Assembly: GCA_046594195.1 (NCBI GenBank)
Contig: JBKJPY010000030.1
Span: 5,839 to 69,838 of the forward strand
Direction of reading: 5' to 3'
DNA: 64,000 nucleotides
Source of the DNA: Acidimicrobiales bacterium
Lineage (GTDB): Bacteria > Actinomycetota > Acidimicrobiia > Acidimicrobiales > Iamiaceae
Position 1 is the first letter of the stretch; each line of letters starts with the position of its first letter. This document shows, in pieces, positions 1 to 8,871 of this stretch. The notes under the pieces are model-generated. The model ran no database searches, was not told where the DNA came from, and saw nothing but the letters and a program-made list of their open reading frames with translations. The translations under genes and the position numbers were made by a program.

Positions 1-1
1 C

Positions 2-115
2 CGCCGGGTCGGCCGCACCGACGAGGCCGTCGACGAGTACGAGCGCGCCATCGCCCTGAGCGCAGCCAACCCCGAGCGCCGCTACCTCGAGGGCAGGCGC
101 GCTGAGCTGACCTGA
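2..115 (+). CDS. C-terminal fragment of a TPR-tailed ECF RNA polymerase sigma factor (COG4941-like); truncated by the window edge
   Basis: Frame 2 reads RRVGRTDEAVDEYERAIALSAANPERRYLEGRRAELT*, resembling the typical 'LGR.EEA...Y.RA......PERR.L..R' tail. Confidence 0.55.
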   Translation, partial: RRVGRTDEAVDEYERAIALSAANPERRYLEGRRAELT

Positions 116-125
116 AGCGACTTCG

Positions 126-266
126 TCAGCGGGGCGCAGCCTCGAACCCGTTGCGGGCGAGCATGGGGAGCAGCTCGCGGGCGCTCGCCAGGTTGAACGC
201 CTTGGCATCGTCCGGGAGGTCTTCCCACGGGACGAGCAAGGGGTTGCGCTTGCCTACAAGGTCCAA
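126..266 (-). pseudogene. RyR (ryanodine receptor) domain C-terminal fragment, about 46 aa
   Basis: Reads (TTG)LDLVGKRNPLLVPWEDLPDDAKAFNLASARELLPMLARNGFEAAPR*, resembling the RyR motif K.HP.LVP(W/Y)..LP...K. The N-terminal half of the domain is absent. Confidence 0.5.
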
Positions 267-285
267 GCCGGTGATGCCGATGAGG

Positions 286-306
286 TTCTGAGACGAAGTC
301 TCAGAA
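286..306. terminator. Perfect 9-bp stem hairpin overlapping the adh stop codon
   Basis: TTCTGAGAC-GAA-GTCTCAGAA. Confidence 0.5.
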
Positions 307-1380
307 CGTGATGACGGTACGGATGGCGTCGCCGCGCTTCATGATGTCGAAGGCGTCGTTGATCTCGTCGATCTTCATGCGGTTGGTGATCATGCCGTCG
401 AGGTTGAGCTGACCGCTCTTCCAGAGGCTGAGCAGACGGTGGAAGTCCGAGCGGACGTCGACCGAGCCGTAGTAGCTGCCCATGAAATTCTTCTCGGAGA
501 AGAAGATCTCGAACCCGTTGAACGAGACCTCCTTGTCCATGGCGCCCACGCCGATCACACAGGCGGTTCCGCCGCGGCGCACGGCGTCGTAGGCGGCGCG
601 CATGGTGACGGGAAGGCCGATGGCCTCGAAGGCGTAGTCGAAGCCGTCGCCGGTGAGCTCGGCCTGGAGGGCGGCGAGGTCGTCGGGCTTGACGCCGTGG
701 GTGGCGCCGAAGGTCTTGGCCAACTCGAGCTTGTCCTCGTTGAGGTCGACGGCGACGATGATCGACGCGCCGGCCACGTGGGCACCCTGGATGGCGGCGA
801 TGCCGACGCCGCCGCAGCCGAACACCACGACCTTGGAGCCGGGCGCGACCTTGGCAGTGTTGATGGCCGCACCGACGCCGGTGGAGACGCCGCAGCCGAT
901 GAGCGAAGCGATCTCGAACGGGATGTCGTCGTCGATCTTGACGGCGGCCTCCTGCGGGACGGTCAGGTACTCGGCGAACGTGCCGGTACCGGCCATGCCG
1001 AAGACGGGCTCGCCGTTGCGGGTGAAGCGCGGCGTGCCGGCGATGGCGAACTGGATCATCACGCACAGATGGGGCTGCTTGCGCTCCACACAGTTGTTGC
1101 ACTTGCCACAGGGGGGGCTCCAGGCCACGACCACGTGGTCGCCCTCGGCCAAGGCGGTGACGCCCTCGCCCACGGCGGAGATGATGCCGGCGCCCTCATG
1201 GCCCGGGACGAACGGCGCCGGCTGCGGGAGCGATCCCTGCATGGCGTGGAGGTCCGAGTGGCAGACGCCGGTGGCCTCGATCTTGATGGTGACCTCGCCG
1301 GGGCCGGGTGCGTCGACCTCGAGGTCGTCGATGATCTCGAGCTTCTCGTCGCCCGTGTTGTGCAGCAGCGCAGCGCGCAT
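301..1380 (-). CDS. Zn-dependent alcohol dehydrogenase (MDR family)
   Basis: GVCHSD, GHEGAG, the structural Zn motif CGKCNNC...C, and the Rossmann motif GCGGVG. Start trimmed to MRAALL. Confidence 0.93.
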   Translation of the reverse strand: MRAALLHNTGDEKLEIIDDLEVDAPGPGEVTIKIEATGVCHSDLHAMQGSLPQPAPFVPGHEGAGIISAVGEGVTALAEGDHVVVAWSPPCGKCNNCVERKQPHLCVMIQFAIAGTPRFTRNGEPVFGMAGTGTFAEYLTVPQEAAVKIDDDIPFEIASLIGCGVSTGVGAAINTAKVAPGSKVVVFGCGGVGIAAIQGAHVAGASIIVAVDLNEDKLELAKTFGATHGVKPDDLAALQAELTGDGFDYAFEAIGLPVTMRAAYDAVRRGGTACVIGVGAMDKEVSFNGFEIFFSEKNFMGSYYGSVDVRSDFHRLLSLWKSGQLNLDGMITNRMKIDEINDAFDIMKRGDAIRTVITF

Positions 1381-1431
1381 GTTCCGTGACTCCTGGTTCG
1401 TTCCCCTTGGACCTTGCGGCGCGGACCTTAG

Positions 1432-1445
1432 TAGAACGCGTTCCA
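1432..1445. promoter_or_regulatory. KstR-type operator upstream of adh
   Basis: TAGAACGCGTTCCA fits TnnAACnnGTTnnA. Confidence 0.8.
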
Positions 1446-1601
1446 TTTCTGGTCACGGGGCGCCGACGGGTCACGCCCCCAGCAGGCGGGCCCGAGGGTG
1501 GTCAGCGAGCGCCCAAGGCCGTCGACGAGCGGCTGGCGGCGAAGAAGCCCAGCTCCCGGCGATCATCGTCGTACGCTCGCGGCGATGACGGGAAGGTCGA
1601 G

Positions 1602-2771
1602 GTGAGCCGCCGCGTCCTCGCGGGACGGCTCAGCTGGTCCCGCTCGGTGGTCGTCGAGCTCGACGGGGCCGGCGACGCCATCGTCCGGTTCGCTCGCACC
1701 CGTCGCCCCTTCGAGGTCCGCCGACTCGAGGGTGCCCCGCGCCCCAACGGGTCGAATCCGAGCCGGGCGCCTGTGGCGGGGTCGGCGGTCGTGCCGGACC
1801 GGACGGCATGGCCGCAGCGCTCCGCCGACCAGGCGGCCGGTGAGCGCTGGCGGGATCGGCACCCAGCGGTCGTCACCGTGCACGTCGTGCACGCCGCCGA
1901 CCCGGACGACCATGCTTCGACGGCGGACGCCCTCGATCAGGCGGGGCTGCGCCTGGTTCCATCGGGCATGCGCCGGATGGACCTGCTCCTCCCGCCGCGG
2001 CACCCCCTGACGGCGGAGCTCGCCCTGCGCGGTTGGATCGCCGGGCGCATCGCGGATGGCGTGGTGTTCAGCCGGATTCTCCGCTATCCGTGGCGCGTTG
2101 AGTCCGACCTGGACCCACGGGCGGCTTGGGTGCTCGACCACCTGCCCACGTCGGCTCGTCGTGTGGGCCGGCGCCTCGTCACCATGCACCCCATGACCTA
2201 CCCCGAGCTGGTGCGGACCGCGGCGTGCGAGGTGGTCGAGGCGGCGCGTCAGGCTTACGCCCCGGGCCGGGCCCGATCGGCACCGACCGCGAGCGCACCC
2301 GAGGGCACGACCCCCTTCGCCGTCACCCGCTACCGGACGCTGCGCGGTGCGTTCCGCCTGATCCCGAGCGACCTTTGGGGCGCCACCTTCGTCGACATCG
2401 GCGCAGGCGACGGGAGGGTACTGCGCGAGGCGGGGTCGGCGGGGGCCGCCGCCGTCGTCGGTTGGGAGCTCGATCCGGTGCTGGCTCGCCGAGCAGCGCT
2501 CGCCGTGGCCGGATCCGGTGCCGTCTTCGCAGGCGACGCCCTCGCCCAGCCGCTGCCGACCGACGCGGGGATCGTGTTCTTGAACAACCCGTTCGGCCCG
2601 GCTTCGGTCGCCCGGCTGGCGCAGCGGGTGGCGGAATCGCTCGCCGAACGACCACGTCCGCTCTTGGTGATCTACGTCAACCCGCCCACGGTCGAGCCGC
2701 TCTTGGACGTCGGGCTCCTGCTCGTGCAGTGCGCCCCAAGCCACGCGATCTTGACGACGCGGTCGGAGTGA
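1602..2771 (+). CDS. Protein with an unknown N-terminal region and a C-terminal class I SAM-dependent methyltransferase domain; start uncertain
   Basis: FVDIGAGDGR motif I, 'GWELDP', 'GDAL', 'VFLNNPF'. The open frame begins at 1386 but that start overlaps the adh operator, so GTG 1602 was chosen. Confidence 0.6.
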   Translation: MSRRVLAGRLSWSRSVVVELDGAGDAIVRFARTRRPFEVRRLEGAPRPNGSNPSRAPVAGSAVVPDRTAWPQRSADQAAGERWRDRHPAVVTVHVVHAADPDDHASTADALDQAGLRLVPSGMRRMDLLLPPRHPLTAELALRGWIAGRIADGVVFSRILRYPWRVESDLDPRAAWVLDHLPTSARRVGRRLVTMHPMTYPELVRTAACEVVEAARQAYAPGRARSAPTASAPEGTTPFAVTRYRTLRGAFRLIPSDLWGATFVDIGAGDGRVLREAGSAGAAAVVGWELDPVLARRAALAVAGSGAVFAGDALAQPLPTDAGIVFLNNPFGPASVARLAQRVAESLAERPRPLLVIYVNPPTVEPLLDVGLLLVQCAPSHAILTTRSE

Positions 2772-2806
2772 TCCGGACCGGACACCGCAGCGTCGACGCG
2801 TCAGAA

Positions 2807-2820
2807 TAGAACGTGTTCTC
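2807..2820. promoter_or_regulatory. KstR-type operator upstream of the acyl-CoA synthetase
   Basis: TAGAACGTGTTCTC, one mismatch. A -10 TACAGT lies at 2830-2835. Confidence 0.8.
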
Positions 2821-2842
2821 GTTTTCTCCTACAGTCCCATCC

Positions 2843-4390
2843 ATGGGTGACCTTGGATTCTGGAGACTGGCTGAAGCAGACCCCGAGCGCCTCGCGCTCG
2901 TCGGGCCCGATGGCACGGAACGCACCGCAGGAGAACTGCTGGCCGCAGCCAACCGTGCGGCACACGGGTTCCGGGCCCTTGGCCTGGAGACGGGCGACAC
3001 GGTCGCGCTGCTCATGCCCAACTCGATCGAGCTCATCGAGCTGTACCTCGGTGCGATCCAGATCGGCCTCTACGTGACGCCGATCAACTGGCACCTGGTC
3101 GGGCCCGAGGTGGCGTACATCCTGGGTGACAGCGACGCCAAGGTCTTCGTCGCCCACGAGCGTCTTGCCGACGTAGCGATCGCCGCCGTCGATGAGGCCG
3201 GCTTCCCCGCCGACCGCCGCTTCGCCGTGGGCACGGTGGAGGGCTTCCGCCCCGTCGACGAGCTCACCGACGGCCAGCCCGACACCGCGCCCGAAGGACG
3301 CACCACCGGTGCGGCCATGCACTACACCTCGGGCACGACCGGACGGCCCAAGGGCGTCAAGCGCGGCCTCTTCGAGATCGACCCGTCCGACATGGGCGAG
3401 CTCATGGGCTACCTGCCGAACCTCTTCGGCATCGCTCCCCAAGACGGCCACGTCCACCTGACGGTGTCGCCGCTGTACCACACGGCCGTGCTGATGTGGA
3501 CGGGCAACGCCCTGCACTTGGGCCACACCGTCGTGCTCATGGACAAGTGGACGGCCGAGGAAACCCTCCGGCTCATCCAGGAGCGCAAGGTCACCTACAG
3601 CCACATGGTCCCGACCCAGTTCGTGCGGCTGCTCGACCTGCCCGAGGACGTGCGGGCCGGGTACGACGTCAGCTCGCTGCGCAACATGGTCCACGGGGCT
3701 GCTCCGTGCCCGCAGGAGATCAAGCGCACGATGATCGAGTGGTGGGGCGACACCATCCAGGAGTACTACGCGGCCACCGAGGGCGGCGGAACCGTGATCT
3801 CCGCCAAGGAGTGGATGGAGCGGCCCGGTTCGGTCGGGCTGGCGTGGCCGGGCAGCGAGATCCGCATCTACGACGAGGACGGCGTGCAGCAGCCCGCCGG
3901 CACCATCGGCACCGTCTACATGCAGCTCATGGCGGACTTCGAGTACAAGGGCGACACCGCCAAGACCAAGGCCAACCGCATCGAGAACTTCTTCACCGTG
4001 GGCGACCTCGGCGAGATGGACGAGGACGGCTACCTGTACCTGCGGGACCGCAAGGCCGACATGATCATCTCGGGCGGAGCCAACATCTACCCGGCCGAGA
4101 TCGAGGGCGAGCTCATCAACCACCCGGCGGTCCAGGACGTCGCCGTGTTCGGCATCCCGAACGCCGACTGGGGCGAGGAGATCAAAGCCGTGGTCGAGCT
4201 CCACGAGGGCTTCGAGCCCGGCGACGAGCTGGCCGAGGAGATCACCGCCTGGGCCGGGACCCGCATGGGCAAGTTCAAGCTGCCGAAGTCCATCGACTTC
4301 GTCGACGAGTTGCCCCGCGAGCCCAACGGGAAGCTGATCAAGCGCAAGCTGCGCGACCCGTACTGGGAAGGCATCGACCGCCAGATCTGA
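2843..4390 (+). CDS. Acyl-CoA synthetase (FadD family)
   Basis: YTSGTTGRPKG, YAATEGG, GD.G..D.DGYLYL.DR, and PREPNGKL. Confidence 0.93.
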   Translation: MGDLGFWRLAEADPERLALVGPDGTERTAGELLAAANRAAHGFRALGLETGDTVALLMPNSIELIELYLGAIQIGLYVTPINWHLVGPEVAYILGDSDAKVFVAHERLADVAIAAVDEAGFPADRRFAVGTVEGFRPVDELTDGQPDTAPEGRTTGAAMHYTSGTTGRPKGVKRGLFEIDPSDMGELMGYLPNLFGIAPQDGHVHLTVSPLYHTAVLMWTGNALHLGHTVVLMDKWTAEETLRLIQERKVTYSHMVPTQFVRLLDLPEDVRAGYDVSSLRNMVHGAAPCPQEIKRTMIEWWGDTIQEYYAATEGGGTVISAKEWMERPGSVGLAWPGSEIRIYDEDGVQQPAGTIGTVYMQLMADFEYKGDTAKTKANRIENFFTVGDLGEMDEDGYLYLRDRKADMIISGGANIYPAEIEGELINHPAVQDVAVFGIPNADWGEEIKAVVELHEGFEPGDELAEEITAWAGTRMGKFKLPKSIDFVDELPREPNGKLIKRKLRDPYWEGIDRQI

Positions 4391-4406
4391 TCGATCGGCA
4401 CCCTGT

Positions 4407-4420
4407 CTGCCCGAAGGCAG
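4407..4420 (+). terminator. Short hairpin after fadD
   Basis: CTGCC-CGAA-GGCAG. Confidence 0.3.
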
Positions 4421-4438
4421 CGGATGGCGGATTCGACG

Positions 4439-4457
4439 TTCAGCATGCCTAACATGC
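4439..4457. promoter_or_regulatory. Candidate DtxR/IdeR-type iron box overlapping the -10 (TAACAT) of the iron permease
   Basis: TTCAGCATGCCTAACATGC matches 12/19 of TWAGGTWAGSCTWACCTWA and is 12/19 identical to the site at 7166. Confidence 0.4.
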
Positions 4458-4461
4458 CTCC

Positions 4462-6105
4462 GTGACCGCCCACGCCCGATCTGCGCGCTTGTCGCGGATC
4501 GGATGGGGATCCTTCGCGGTGATCGCCGCCGCGGCCACGGTCATCCCGGTCGCGGCGGTCGTCGGCGGCGTCCTCCAGCCCAGCACCGACGTGTGGCGCG
4601 AGCAGTGGGACACCCGCCTGCCCGGCGAGATCTTGACCTCCCTCGTGCTCGTCGTCGGGGTGTGCACGGTGGCGGTCGTGCTCGGCGTCGGCCTGGCCTG
4701 GCTCGTGGGCGCCCACGACTTCCCCGGACGGGGCTTCTTCACCTGGGGGTTCGTCCTGCCGCTGGCGCTCCCGGCCTACATCCTCGGGTTCGTGGTCAGT
4801 TCGACGTTCGGGGTGGCCGGACCGATCCAGTCGTGGTGGCGCGAGGTGTTCGGCCGCGACGCCTGGTTCCCCGAGGTCCGGTCCCTGCCGATGGCGATCG
4901 CAGTCTTCTCGCTGACGCTGTACCCGTACGTGTACCTCATGGCCCGTGCCGCGTTGCGGGACCAGGCCGGTGACTCGTTCTCGGTCGCCCGGTCCCTGGG
5001 CGCCTCCACCGGCGACGCGTTCCGCTCGGTGGTCGTGCCGATGCTGCGCCCCGCCCTCGCCGCAGGGGCGGCCATCGTGGCGATGGAGACGCTGACGGAC
5101 TTCGCAACCGTGCAGTACTTCCAGGTCGACACCGTCACCGTCGGCGTCTTCCGCATCTGGCGGGGCACCTACGACCGCGATGCCGCCGCCGAGATCGCCA
5201 CCCTCGTGCTCGGGTTCGCCCTCATCGCCATCATGCTCGAGCGCGTGTTCCGAGGTCGGGCCCGGTTCGCCGAGTCCGGCGGCCATGGGGCCGGGTTCGT
5301 CCGACGCCGCCTGCGAGGCACGAAGGCGGTGATGGCCACCCTCGGTTCCAGCGTGGTCGTGCTGCTCGCCTTCGGCGCGCCCACCGCCCAGCTCGTCTCG
5401 TGGGCCTACGCGGAGCAGACGGGACCGCGCGGCACGCCACTCACCGACGAGTACCCCTCCTACTTGCGCCACAGCGTCACCTTGACCCTCTGCACCGTGG
5501 GGATCTGCCTGCTGGTCAGCGTGCTGGTGGCCAACGGCCTCCGGTTCGCGCCGAGCCGCATCGTGGCGGTGGCCAAGCGCCTCTCGACCATCGGATACGC
5601 CGTGCCGGGCGTCGTCGTGGCCATGGGCGTCATCCTCACCTTGGTGGGCCTCGACCAGTTCCTCGGACTGTTCCACCGTGGACTGCCCGGCACGGTCGCC
5701 ACCGGCTCGTTCCTCGCCCTCGTCTACGCCTACGCCGTCCGGTTCCTGGCGCCGTCGGTCACGAGCGTCGAATCCGGCCTGGACCAGGTGCCGGTCGACC
5801 TCACGTCCTCGGCGCGCTCGCTGGGCTCGCGCCCGGCGACGGTCCTGCGCCGCATCCACCTGCCCCTGTCCAAGGGGGCCATGTTGACCGCCGCGATCCT
5901 GGTCGGCGTCGACGCGCTGAAGGAGCTGCCCATCGCGCTCCTCCTGCGGCCGATCGGGTTCGACACCTTGCCGGTGTGGACCTACAACCTCGCCTCGGAG
6001 TCGCGGTTCCAGCAGGCGGCCCTCCCGGCGCTGACGATCATCGCAGCAGCCCTCATCCCGGTCGCCCTGCTGTCGCGCGGCCTCGATCGGAAGAAGTCCT
6101 CGTGA
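4462..6105 (+). CDS. fbpB: Fe3+ ABC transporter permease (FbpB/FutB type)
   Basis: Two permease repeats with EAA-like loops (ARSLGAS, ARSLGSRP) and 'YPYVYL..RA..'. Adjacent to the ATPase and the binding protein. Confidence 0.88.
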   Translation: MTAHARSARLSRIGWGSFAVIAAAATVIPVAAVVGGVLQPSTDVWREQWDTRLPGEILTSLVLVVGVCTVAVVLGVGLAWLVGAHDFPGRGFFTWGFVLPLALPAYILGFVVSSTFGVAGPIQSWWREVFGRDAWFPEVRSLPMAIAVFSLTLYPYVYLMARAALRDQAGDSFSVARSLGASTGDAFRSVVVPMLRPALAAGAAIVAMETLTDFATVQYFQVDTVTVGVFRIWRGTYDRDAAAEIATLVLGFALIAIMLERVFRGRARFAESGGHGAGFVRRRLRGTKAVMATLGSSVVVLLAFGAPTAQLVSWAYAEQTGPRGTPLTDEYPSYLRHSVTLTLCTVGICLLVSVLVANGLRFAPSRIVAVAKRLSTIGYAVPGVVVAMGVILTLVGLDQFLGLFHRGLPGTVATGSFLALVYAYAVRFLAPSVTSVESGLDQVPVDLTSSARSLGSRPATVLRRIHLPLSKGAMLTAAILVGVDALKELPIALLLRPIGFDTLPVWTYNLASESRFQQAALPALTIIAAALIPVALLSRGLDRKKSS

Positions 6106-7151
6106 GCGCGCCCCCTCCCCCGCTGCAGGTGCGCGGCGCAGCCCGGTCGTTCGGGAAGACCCGTGCCGTCGACGGGGTCGATCTGGAGCTGCACCCGGGC
6201 GAGCTGCTGGTCCTGGTGGGACCCAGCGGCTGCGGCAAGTCGACGCTCCTGCGCGCCATCGCCGGACTCGTTGCCTTGGACGAGGGGTCCATCCTCGTCG
6301 GTGGCAACACCGTCGACGACGGTCGCAACGCCACGCCGCCCGAGCACCGTCCGGTCGGCATGGTGTTCCAGGACCACTCCTTGTTCCCGCACCTCACCAT
6401 CGGCGACAACGTCGCCTTCGGGATCCGCAAGCTGCCCGCCGCCGAGCGGAAGGCACAGGTGGCCGAGCTGCTCGCGATGGTCGAGATCGAGCACCTGGCG
6501 AAGCGCTACCCCCACGAAGTCTCCGGTGGAGAGCGCCAACGGGCCTCGGTGGCTCGGGCCGTCGCGCCGCACCCCCACCTTTTGCTGCTCGACGAGCCCT
6601 TCGCCGCCCTGGACCCCAACCTGCGCGAGCAGGTGCGCACCCAGCTGGTGAACCTCCTGCGCACCACCGGGACCCCAGCGGTGTTCGTGTCGCACGACCA
6701 GGCCGAGGCCATGGCGCTCGGCGACCGGGTGGCCGTGATGCGCGCCGGAAAGCTGGAGCAGGTCGGCTCCGGACCGGACATCTACGACCGACCGGCCAAC
6801 CGGTTCGTCGCCTCGTTCATGGGCGACGCCGCCTTCCTGCCCGTCACGTCGGACGAGGGCGGCCTGCGCACCGAACTGGGCCCGATCGACGCCGCGGCCG
6901 GTGCGGGCAATGGGTCGTTGGAGGCGGTGATCCGCCCCGCTGACGTGGACCTCGTGGTCGATCCCGACGGCCCGAGCGAGATCATCCGGTCCGATTACCA
7001 AGGGCCCACCTGGACCTACGACGTGCGGCTTCCGTCCGGTGCGATCGTGCGCTCGACGCGCCCGCGGTCGCAGGCCGTCGACCACGGCACCCGGGTGCAC
7101 GCCGGCCTCGACACGACGACCCCGCCCCTGGTCCACGCAGATGGCAGCTGA
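6102..7151 (+). CDS. fbpC: Fe3+ ABC transporter ATPase
   Basis: GPSGCGKST, VSGGERQR, LLLDEP, and a C-terminal TOBE-like region. GTGA overlap with the permease stop. Confidence 0.9.
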   Translation: MSAPPPPLQVRGAARSFGKTRAVDGVDLELHPGELLVLVGPSGCGKSTLLRAIAGLVALDEGSILVGGNTVDDGRNATPPEHRPVGMVFQDHSLFPHLTIGDNVAFGIRKLPAAERKAQVAELLAMVEIEHLAKRYPHEVSGGERQRASVARAVAPHPHLLLLDEPFAALDPNLREQVRTQLVNLLRTTGTPAVFVSHDQAEAMALGDRVAVMRAGKLEQVGSGPDIYDRPANRFVASFMGDAAFLPVTSDEGGLRTELGPIDAAAGAGNGSLEAVIRPADVDLVVDPDGPSEIIRSDYQGPTWTYDVRLPSGAIVRSTRPRSQAVDHGTRVHAGLDTTTPPLVHADGS

Positions 7152-7165
7152 CTGTCGACTTCGTG

Positions 7166-7184
7166 TTAGGCGCGACTAACATCG
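7166..7184. promoter_or_regulatory. Candidate DtxR/IdeR-type iron box upstream of the Fe-binding protein
   Basis: TTAGGCGCGACTAACATCG matches 12/19 of the consensus. It overlaps a putative promoter TCGACT(7155)-16 bp-TAACAT(7177). Confidence 0.45.
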
Positions 7185-7209
7185 CCGGTGCCCGCCTGAG
7201 AGGAACCCC

Positions 7210-8247
7210 GTGACCCGCCACCTCCACTCCACCGCCGCCGCCGCCCTCGCCGTGGGGCTGCTATTCACCACCGCTTGCGCCGAATCCGACGGCGGCGCGG
7301 CAACCACCTCGGATGGCAAGGTCCTCCACGTCTACTCCGGACGCCACTACGACGTGGAGAAGGCGTTCCAGGAGTTCGAGGACGAGACCGGCACCAAGGT
7401 CGAGTTCCTCACCGGCAACGACGCGGAGCTCCGGGAGCGCATCGCGGCCGAGGGCACCGACACCGAGGCCGACGTCTACATCACCGTGGACGCCGGCAAC
7501 CTCGCCAGCGCCGCCGAGGACGGGCTGTTCCAGCCGATGGACTCGCCCACGCTCCGCAAGGTGATCCCTGCCCAGTACCGCGACCCCGACGACCTCTGGT
7601 TCGGCTTGGCCCTGCGAGCCCGGACGATCATCTACAACACCGAGGCCCTCGACCCCAACGAGGTGCCGAAGGACTACGCGGACCTGGCGAAGCCGGAGTG
7701 GAAGGGCCGGGTGTGCCTGCGGAACTCGACGAACGACTACCAGCAGTCCCTGGTAGCCAGCATGATCGCCCAAGACGGCGAGGCGAAGACGCTCGAGGTC
7801 CTCCAGGGCTGGACCCGCAACGCCGACATCTACGCCAACGACACCGAGATGATCCAGGCCATGGCCGCCGGCGCGTGCGACGTCGGCATCGCCAACCACT
7901 ACTACCTGGCTCGCGAGCTCGAGCAGGACCCAGACCTTCCCGTCGACCTCATCTGGGCCAACCAGGACGCGGGCGGCACCCACATCAACATCTCCGGCGG
8001 TGGCATCACCAAGTCCGCCAAGCATCCCGAGCTGGCCCAGGAGTTCCTGGAGTGGCTGGGCACCAAGGGCCAGAGCGTCCTGGTCGACAGCAACCACGAG
8101 TTCCCGGCCAGCACCGAAGCCACACCCGAGCCGCTCATCACCGAGGAGTTCGGCGTGGACTTCACCCGCCAACCGCTCGATGCCAAGCGGATCGGCGAAC
8201 TCAACCCCGAAGCGGTGAAGCTGATGGACCAGGCCGGGTTCGGCTGA
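7210..8247 (+). CDS. fbpA: Fe3+ ABC transporter substrate-binding lipoprotein (FbpA/FutA)
   Basis: Lipobox FTTAC, SGRHY, and the iron-ligand Tyr pair in IANHYYL. Confidence 0.9.
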   Translation: MTRHLHSTAAAALAVGLLFTTACAESDGGAATTSDGKVLHVYSGRHYDVEKAFQEFEDETGTKVEFLTGNDAELRERIAAEGTDTEADVYITVDAGNLASAAEDGLFQPMDSPTLRKVIPAQYRDPDDLWFGLALRARTIIYNTEALDPNEVPKDYADLAKPEWKGRVCLRNSTNDYQQSLVASMIAQDGEAKTLEVLQGWTRNADIYANDTEMIQAMAAGACDVGIANHYYLARELEQDPDLPVDLIWANQDAGGTHINISGGGITKSAKHPELAQEFLEWLGTKGQSVLVDSNHEFPASTEATPEPLITEEFGVDFTRQPLDAKRIGELNPEAVKLMDQAGFG

Positions 8248-8267
8248 TCCTCAGGAGTCGCACCGAG

Positions 8268-8858
8268 CTAGGAGCCGTACTGGTCGAGGACCAGGTGGGT
8301 GGCGACGTCGAGCTCGTCGGCGACCTTCTCCATGCCGGACCAGCCGTTGACCCAGCCGATGAGGGCCGAGAACCACACGTGGCCCAGCGTGCGGGTGGCG
8401 TTGACCTTGAACTCGGGGTCGAAGTCGTCGCCGAGTGCCATGGACATGATGCGGTTCATGCTGGCTGACACGTCTTCCTGGCACGCCGCCGCCCCCCGAT
8501 CGGGCGAGAGCAGGGCGGTGACGACGGCTTCGGAGAGCTTCGGCTCCTTCTCCATGGCTCGCGTCGCCCGGCGCAGCACCTCGGAGACCCGCTCGGTCGT
8601 GGTGTCTCCCTTGGGCGGCCGCTGGCCCACCCGACGCTCCAGGTCCAGCGTCCATTCGACCATGGCGGCCGCCAGCAAGTGATCCTTCGACGAGAAGTAC
8701 CGGTAGATGGTGCCGAGGGCGACCCCGGCCGACGTGGCCACGTCGCGCATCTGGACGGCGTCGTAGCCGCCGGATGCCCCTAGGTCGAGCGCAGCGCGGA
8801 TGACGCGCTCCCGACGTGCGGCTTGGCTCTTGGTCAGCGTCGTCGTGTCGGCGTCCAT
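8268..8858 (-). CDS. kstR: KstR-like TetR-family repressor of steroid catabolism
   Basis: 'SQAARRERVI.AAL.L..SGGYDAVQMRDVA..AGVALGT.YRYFSSK.HLL' closely recalls the mycobacterial KstR N-terminus. Cognate operators are present in the window. Confidence 0.82.
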   Translation of the reverse strand: MDADTTTLTKSQAARRERVIRAALDLGASGGYDAVQMRDVATSAGVALGTIYRYFSSKDHLLAAAMVEWTLDLERRVGQRPPKGDTTTERVSEVLRRATRAMEKEPKLSEAVVTALLSPDRGAAACQEDVSASMNRIMSMALGDDFDPEFKVNATRTLGHVWFSALIGWVNGWSGMEKVADELDVATHLVLDQYGS

Positions 8859-8871
8859 CTGGCCTGTCACC

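Noticed and set aside
1749-1759. tRNA T-loop-like GGGTCGAATCC
   Set aside because: There is no cloverleaf around it and it lies inside a coding region.
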